Source: Eledone cirrhosa
Taxonomy: Eukaryota
DNA length: 64,000 nucleotides
Direction of reading: 5' to 3'
NCBI GenBank assembly: GCA_964016885.1
Contig: OZ024742.1
Coordinates: forward strand, 27,714,001 to 27,778,000
Shown here: one piece after another, positions 53,344-64,000 of the stretch
Layout: every line of letters starts with the position of its first letter
How positions within the stretch are numbered: position 1 is the first letter of the stretch
Program-made: the position numbers and the translations under genes
Notes under the pieces: generated by a model
What the model saw: only the letters and a program-made list of their open reading frames with translations
The model's database searches: none
Told to the model about the DNA's origin: nothing

Positions 53344-53880
53344 TTAGCAGAAAACCACCCGGTGGGCGGTTTTCTGCTAGCAAATCTAGTGTATATACTG
53401 ATATTGTTGAGATTTGGATGAGAAATGTTTTCGGCACCACATGTTCACCGTCTCTCGGTGTGTCTTTTATGCATGTATAAATATATATGTTATCTATACG
53501 GTGAAATCTTTGAAATAAATATATGTTAAAACGAAAAAGGAGAAAAAGAGATTAGTGACGGAAATATAAACGTTATGATACATAAACGTTATGATATAAC
53601 GATGGAAATATAGCTTCAAATGGTCCTTGGTATGGTGTCAAGTCAGAACCGCCTCGAACTGGTTACTTCTGGCTTGTGCAAGGTGTCTCTATAGCAACCA
53701 GCGATTCCCTCGGCCTCAGTGACCAAAGTCAGTGGAGAGGAGAAGGTAATGTTTCTATAGCGACAGTGTTTCTCTTGGTAGTACCAAAGTGGAGAAAGGA
53801 AGGGGAAGGTAATATTCCTGTAGCACCTACATTTGAGTTTTAGGGAAGGACAGACAGACAGACAAACAGAGAAATGCCCA

Positions 53881-54065
53881 TATATTTCTGTGTGTGTATA
53901 TATATATATATATATTACACACACAGAAATGTATATATATTGCTGTGTGTATATATATATATAATTCTCTGTGTGTATATATATATATTACACACACAGA
54001 AATGTATATATATTTCTGTGTGTATATATATATATTACACACACAGAAATGTATATATATTTCTC

Positions 54066-54096
<31 letters not shown>

Positions 54097-54125
54097 TACA
54101 CACACAGAAATGTATATATATTTCT
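53881..54125. repeat. Minisatellite of self-complementary units ACACACAGAAAT-GTATATAT-ATTTCTGTGTGT
   Basis: About 4 units seen directly. Confidence 0.75.
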
Positions 54126-54244
54126 TAGAACAAAATTATTATTAATGTTTTGCTGTTCATAACAATTGGAATTGAAAAATTACTTTTGAAATTATTAGTT
54201 ATTTTACTAATGCTTAGATATGTAAAATTGAAGCAATGTTTCTA

Positions 54245-55115
54245 ATAATTGTTTCTACTTTTGGCACAAGGCCAGCAATTACCCAGTACATTACTGGTAC
54301 TTTATTTTATCGACCCCGTGAGGATGAAAGGCAAAGTTAACCTCGGCGGTATTTGAACTCAGACCGTAAAGGGACGTAACTCCATGCTATGAAGCATGGT
54401 GTCCGACTCTCTACAGATTCTGCCAATCCACCGCCCTAATGTCTGTACGTAATGAGGGAGTGAGAGGGGAGAGAAAGAAAGGCAGAGGTGAAGTGACGAA
54501 GTGACTCTCTCCTCCTCCTCCTCCATCTCCCCATTCGTCACAGCGATAGAGGGGAGGAATGTTAGTGTGTTACAAAGAGAAAGAGTGAGAGTGAGAGAAA
54601 CAGACAGACTAAAAGAGAGGGATAGCTGGAGAGAGAGAGAGATAGCAACCACGCGCGCACGTGTTTCCACTGTCGGACAGACAGAGAAATTGCTGGTTAT
54701 ATATTATAAGGAGATAATAGTTTCTTATATAGGTTCAAGGCCAGCAATTCTAGGGGAAGAGAAAGACGACTAAATCAGCCTTGTGCACGACTGGTACTTT
54801 ATTTTATCGACCCCATAAGGATGAAAGGCAAAGTTAACCTCGGTGGAATGTAAACACAGAACGTATAAGGCCCGTAACTCTATACTACAAAGCATGTTCT
54901 CCGACTCTCTACCGATGCTGCCGATCCACTGCCCTAATAATAATAATAATTGTTTCTACTTTTGGCAGCAATTACCCAGTGTATTACTGGTACTTTATTT
55001 TATCGACCCCGTAAGGATGAAAAGCAAAGTTAACCTCGGCGAGATTTGAACTCAGATCATAAAGGGACGTAACTCTATAACAACAATAATAATTGTTTCT
55101 AATTTTGGCACAAGG
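54245..55115 (-). mobile_element. Three or more Nin/Deu-domain-like SINE copies with an intervening Helitron-like 5' fragment (54440-54715)
   Basis: Repeated ACTGGTACTTTATTTTATCGACCCC..AGGATGAAAGGCAAAGTTAACCTCGG. Confidence 0.8.
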
Positions 55116-55172
55116 TCAATAAACCGCTCAACCCACACCAACCTAGAAAGGGGACATAAATATGAAGATGAC

Positions 55173-55206
<34 letters not shown>

Positions 55207-55496
55207 TGATGGAAACAAATTTTAAAATTTTAAATGAACTAACTTTTATTTTTTCCTTGCCCAAGAAGTGCTGACAGAAATGTCTAATTTTGTCATCACA
55301 AAAAAATATATAAAGAGATAAAATACAGAATGAAAAATTTCAGCCACCAAAGGGTTTAAGAATCGACAAGTATTAATGTCTTAAAATTTTGAACAATTCT
55401 TCTCTCTTGATAATTGGTACCATGCTGTGAATCATAATAAATCTTTTTTTAATGTGGCCTTCTAGCAAATGAGGTGAAATACAAGAAGAGATAAAA

Positions 55497-55563
55497 ATAT
55501 CTCTCTCTCTCCCTTTCCGTCTCTCTTTCTTAACCTCTCTCTTTCCTTCTCTCTGTTTCTGTT

Positions 55564-55607
<44 letters not shown>

Positions 55608-56070
55608 ACGGTTTCACTATTTAGCACTCTGTTCTATCTCTGTTTCTCTCTCCCACTCTTTCTCTCTTTGTCTCTTTATCTCTCTCTCTCTCTCTCTCTC
55701 ACTGTTTCACTATTTAACACTGTTCTCTTTCTCTCACTCTCTCCATCTCTCTCTTTCTCTATCTATCTCTATCTATCTATCTATCTCTCTCCCTTTCTCT
55801 CACTATATTTTCCTATTCCTCTATCACTTCTCTCACTCTCTCCCCATATCTCCTTCCTTCATTTTCTCTCACTCTCTCTTCATATCTTTGTCTCTCTCTC
55901 CCCATCTATCTATCTTCATATCTCTGTCTCCCCCTCTCTCTCTATCTACCTCCATATCTCTGTCTCCCCCCCTCTCTCTCTGTCTCCACATATCCATCTT
56001 TGTCCTCTCACTCCTCCTCCCTCTACCACCACCCTCCACCTTATCTTCCTCACCCCACTCCCCACTTATA
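55497..56070. repeat. (CT)n-rich polypyrimidine tract
   Basis: Direct inspection. Confidence 0.85.
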
Positions 56071-56419
56071 TCTTGTAATACATTCAGCTATGTTTATGAG
56101 AACAATTTCATTACCTATTGAATATAAAGATCATAATAGAAATAAATAAGAAAGCTGTTTCCCACTAAAGGAGAGATGTGACCAGAATTCTGGAACATTC
56201 TAATAAGGAATCTACTTCATAATACAACAACGACTAAATTATGTTTGTTTTTGTTTATTTTTCTCCCAGCAAGTCGCATTGAACATTTTCTGAGAAATAT
56301 ATATGAGGGTCAGCTGAAAAGTTCATAAGCTGACTCTGAAAGAGTGATGCTAGAGCTGCGCTATCTTGCATGCATTAATTTTATGAAAGTATCTTGGTCA
56401 TTTCATGAAAGTATCTCGA

Positions 56420-56697
56420 TCATCATCATCATTACCGTTTAACATCCATTTTTCCACGCTGGCATGGGTTAGATGAGTTATCCTGTTGTGAGCAATGCTA
56501 GGTCAGTTGACCATGTCATGCTCATACAGGACCACTTTTGGCTTGGTTGCTACAGCTGGATGCCCTTTCTAGCGCCAAACTTATTTACAGTGAGTATTGG
56601 GTGCATTTTTACATGACGCCTACACAACCTCCTTACAGTGTGGATTGGATGTTTTTTGCTGTGACATCTACACGACAACTTTACAGTGTGGGCTAGG

Positions 56698-56749
<52 letters not shown>

Positions 56750-56811
56750 GTCTAACCCATGCTAGCGTCGAAAATGGACGTTAAACGAAGATGATGATGA
56801 TGATGATGATG
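56420..56811. mobile_element. Diverged RTE 3'UTR (minus, 56420-56700) and ultra-short RTE 3' end (plus, 56747-56811) on either side of a TA tract
   Basis: TACAGCTGGATGCCCTT; CCGTCTAACCCATGCTAGCGTCGAAAATGGACGTTAAACG(AAG/ATG)n. Confidence 0.75.
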
Positions 56812-56892
56812 TATACCCATTTTATTAAAGCTGAATAGAGAGTGTTGTTATTCTGGAGTTTTGCCTGTTCATCAGACAAGATCAGATATATA

Positions 56893-56927
<35 letters not shown>

Positions 56928-57149
56928 TTATTAAAATAACAGATTAAAGTTTAAGCAAAGAATCGTTGCTTTCACCCCTAGCAGCGATTCTTTGCTTAAA
57001 CTTTAATCTGTTATTTTAATAAATATTTGCTCTACGGTTCTTATATATTTGATATATATTTATCCTTATCGAGCCCTCTTTTATCCTTATCGAGCCCATC
57101 GTCTCATCATATATCAATATATATAGATATATGATGAGACGATGGGCTG

Positions 57150-58500
57150 GAAATCTCAGTGTAGTGCTGTAATAAAGTTTGATTCAGTTTATGTTGAAGA
57201 TATTGTGGTGGGAAGTGTTTAATGAGAAGTTTGAAGAAAATCTTCCCAATAGGTGTGGTGACCTCAGCACTGTGAGGAGGATTGAACGAAATCATGTTGT
57301 GTGTGTGGCGAAACTGCCTGCTAATTCTACTAATGGTGCTTACGTAGTAGGTAATTTAGTCCTTAAATCCGCTTTTTTTAAGCGCCTGCTTGCAGCGCAG
57401 CATATGTTCCTTGAATATTTGCATGTTGGTAGGCAAGCATGATTTACAGAGGGAAGTATTCTTTACCAAATTTTTAGTTATATTCCTTGTGTGGTTTGAG
57501 TATCGGTGAATGTAATGTAAGTTTTCATTTGGTTTCTGGAAGGGATAATGCAGTTGGCTCTTCAAAATTTAGTGTTACATCCAAGAAATTGGTATGGATG
57601 AGGGACGCCTGTAAGGTAACGCTAAATCTTAATTCCCGGAAAAAACTTGAGGTATTTGCGAACCTACTGGGGTTGTATCCGGTAAGCGTTACAAGCCCAT
57701 CATCTCTGTACAGTCCCTTTCCAAGAGCAGGAAACCCTTCTATATGTCTCTGGAGTATGTATAGGCCTATCAGATCTAATAACCGCCGGTAAGTCAGTTG
57801 CTCCCATAATAACATTAAAGGGAGAGTCTAGGGCCCTTTTTATCCAGGTGGAATTTTCTAAAAGCAAAACTCTCTTCCTAGTGTGGAGAATTTTGTCGAT
57901 TTCCTGATCACTCATGGGTGTGATATTTCTGGTGTAATCTATTGCGGCCTCTAAGAGTGGTTTAGTTATAGAAGTGTAGTAATCCTCAATGTTGAACTGA
58001 ATAAATGTAGTATTCTCTTTGTTGGCGATACTTTGGAACCAAGAGATGACTTCTTGTGTACTATTCCATAAGCTGATCCTCGCTTGTTGCTTAACTTTAG
58101 GAATCATTTTATCCAGTATCCTTTTACTTATCTTCCATATGTCTGACTTCGTTGGGTTTATAAGCCAGATGGTACATTTGCGATCAATATTTGGTTTATG
58201 GTCCTTGAGGGTGAAATAAGGAACTCTTGGGTTGATAAGGTCAGTCGTGGCTGGAGATGATGATTTGTTCCTCTGCATTTATCTTCTGGATCGTACAAGG
58301 ATTAGATTATCTGTAGGTGGAGGTCGAGCATTTCTTAATCAGGGAATTTTAACTACCTGGTGCTGATATCATCAGTACTTCGATACTTGCATATCTTATT
58401 GAGGAGTTGTTGTTAGAATCAGTTGCTATGGTGCTTGAACTTAACTCCTTTGACCAGGTTGAATAGGTCTGCCTCAAACAGCGAGAGCAGATGGTTCAGC
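57150..58500 (-). pseudogene. Penelope-like (Neptune-type) reverse transcriptase relic
   Basis: TLKDHKPN, LINPTKSDIWKISKRILD, FIQFNIEDYYTSI, FNVIMGATD, GLYRDDGL, NFLDVTLN, YIHRYSNH, FNPPHS..IGKIFFKLLIKHFP; several frameshifts. Confidence 0.88.
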
Positions 58501-59261
58501 TGATGTGACATGTAGGTTTTCAAGTCGTACTTATAAACACTTACTAAGCCAGATATCTATACACACAATCACATACAACCACTCCCTCTCCATAAAAATA
58601 TAAAAACAAACAAACACTTATGTGAAGAGATTTCACAATTAGATAAACAATATATGCCCTTATTTGGACAAACAACTCCTCCTGGTGACACAACCAGTTA
58701 AATGCCAATGCCTTTGGCAATCAGTCTGGAACTAGATGTTAAAATGGCAAAAGCTCGCCATTGGGGTACTGACTCTTTATGATACATTTATATACATACA
58801 CATATGTATGTATGTTTATGTGTATATGTGTGTGTGTGTGTGTATACATCTTTAGGTATATATGTACATAGCACGGTGTTTGAATATATTATATATACTG
58901 ACATATGGTTCATATATATCTGAAAAAATAGAGGAGACACATTAATTCAAGATGCATGTAGTATGTATACAAACCCAATTCATTTATTAATGAACTGTAA
59001 TATTCTAAGAAGTGTAGATATGTATAGGAAATGAGAATGGATAACGATAAACAGCCATGTAAAAGGACCAAACCAAGAAAGTGTCTCGTATGTATCTGGA
59101 AATTGGATGTCTGTTTATCATCATCACCATAGTTTAATATCCATTTTCCCATGCTAGTATGATGTAGAGTAACACACATACACACACATATATATGTATA
59201 AGTTTCTGCCGGGTTCAATTAGGGGTAACCTCAGTAAGTAAGGTACTCAATACATAGCAAA

Positions 59262-62035
<2,774 letters not shown>

Positions 62036-62235
62036 NNNNNNNNNNNNNNNNNNNNNNNNNNNNNNNNNNNNNNNNNNNNNNNNNNNNNNNNNNNNNNNNN
62101 NNNNNNNNNNNNNNNNNNNNNNNNNNNNNNNNNNNNNNNNNNNNNNNNNNNNNNNNNNNNNNNNNNNNNNNNNNNNNNNNNNNNNNNNNNNNNNNNNNNN
62201 NNNNNNNNNNNNNNNNNNNNNNNNNNNNNNNNNNN
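62036..62235. other. Assembly gap (200 N)
   Basis: Run of N. Confidence 1.
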
Positions 62236-62284
62236 GTAAATGGAATAATTGCCTTATGTTGTTTATTACATAATAATAATATAT

Positions 62285-62389
<105 letters not shown>

Positions 62390-62396
62390 AATGTAT

Positions 62397-62535
<139 letters not shown>

Positions 62536-62542
62536 AATACAT

Positions 62543-62577
<35 letters not shown>

Positions 62578-62597
62578 AATATATATACATATATATA

Positions 62598-62652
<55 letters not shown>

Positions 62653-62656
<4 letters not shown>

Positions 62657-64000
62657 ATATGAAGACTGGTAAGGCGGCTGGGCCTTCGGAAATAGTTGCT
62701 GAGATGCTGAAGGCATCTGGCACGGTGGGACACACCATGGTCACCCGCATAGTTAACCAAGTCGTACAAAACGGGGTTGTTCCGAAGGACTGGCATAGCA
62801 GCATCATCGTTAACTGTTATAAGGGTAAAGGAGACGCCCTAGATAGGAGTAACTATAGAGGCATTAAATTAATCGACCAGGTCATGAAGGTCACGGAAAG
62901 AGTAATAGCGCAACTAATCAGAGAGAGAATTGACCTAGATGAAATGCAGTTCGGGTTTGTGTCAGGCAAAAGTACCACAGACGCTCTTTTCATAGTACGA
63001 CAACTACAAGAGAAGTACCTAGCTAAAGGTAAACCCCTCTACTTAGCTTTTGTCGACTTGGAGAAAGCCTTCGACAGAGTCCCCCGCTCCATTATCTGGT
63101 GGGCTCTTAGAAAACTAGGCGTTGACGAATGGCTTGTGAGGGCTATACAAGCCATGTATAAAGAAACAGTCAGCAAGGTTAGAATTAACAACGAATATAG
63201 TGAAGAGTTTAGCGTAAAAGTCGGCGTCCATCAGGGCTCTGTTCTCAGTCCACTACTATTTATTATTGCCCTTCAGGCCATAACAGAGGAGTTCAAGACA
63301 GGCTGCCCATGGGAACTCCTATACGCAGACGACCTGACACTCATAGCGGAATCAATGGCCGAGCTAGAGAAGAAATTCCAAACATGGAAGCACGGCCTAG
63401 AGTCAAAAGGACTTAAAATTAACCTGGCTAAGACCAAAGTACTAGTTTGTAGGAAAGAAAACAAGGCGGCGGTCCCTTCTGGGAAATGGTCGTGCTCGGT
63501 GTGTAGGAAAGGCGTAGGTAGAAACTCCATTTTATGTCCTAAATGCAAAGTATGGGTGCATAAAAGATGTAGTGGGATCACAGGTAGGCTAACTAAGAAC
63601 ATAGATTTTACATGTGGCCGGTGCTCTGGTGCAATAAGTAGCAGCAAGTGCCCACAAACTACTAGCTCTTTCAATTGCGCAGAGGGTTCTATAGAAATAG
63701 TGGACAGCTTCCGTTACCTGGGCGATAAAATCAGCAGTGGGGGAGGGTGCTCTGAAAGTACTGTAGCTAGAGTCAGAACTGGTTGGAAAAAGTTCAGAGA
63801 GCTTATACCACTATTAGCTGCTAAAGGGTTCTCACTAAAAATGAAAGGCAGGTTGTACGATGCCTGCATACGAACAGCAATGCTGCATGGCAGTGAGACC
63901 TGGGCATTGTGTGCAGAGGATATACGCAGACTAGAGAGGAACGAAGCTTGCATGCTCCGCTGGATGTGTAACAGTAATATACGTGAACGGCAAAGCATAA
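62653..64000 (+). mobile_element. 5'-truncated young RTE-PHD LINE; reading frame appears open from 62659 to the window end
   Basis: [54 protein letters not shown]; no stop seen. Confidence 0.93.

Noticed and set aside
51850-55360. TTAACCC...GGGTTTAA as piggyBac-like ends
   Set aside because: The match is too short and imperfect, with no transposase sequence between
56302-56390. Mariner-like terminal sequence TATGAGGGTCAGCTGAAAAGTTC
   Set aside because: No partner TIR found in the window

Overview
An AT-rich eukaryotic window made almost entirely of repeats, with no recognisable host gene. The SINE and LINE families resemble those of octopod cephalopods; this is an inference from recognising the families. 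Long (TA)n/(TACA)n tracts act as landing pads for several element types: (i) about 15 fragments of an RTE-clade LINE with a PHD finger embedded in its reverse transcriptase, plus a tRNA-headed SINE sharing its 3' end; (ii) many Nin/Deu-domain-like SINEs; (iii) CR1, R4/Dong, other RTE, Helitron and Tc1/mariner remnants; (iv) Penelope-like element (PLE) RT and GIY-YIG relics. The most striking signal is a group of hammerhead-ribozyme (HHR) bearing elements. The best case is an array of apparently identical 310-bp units at 12543-13950 holding five well-formed type I HHRs, a candidate retrozyme or circular-RNA source. At least five other fold-back insertions, mostly of unrelated families, follow the same rule: arms joined head-to-head, HHR-sense 3' ends facing outward into (TA)n, and the shorter arm ending at an internal AT-rich motif. 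All folding and family assignments were made by eye and need computational confirmation. The many YIYI/CVCV ORFs are microsatellite translations.
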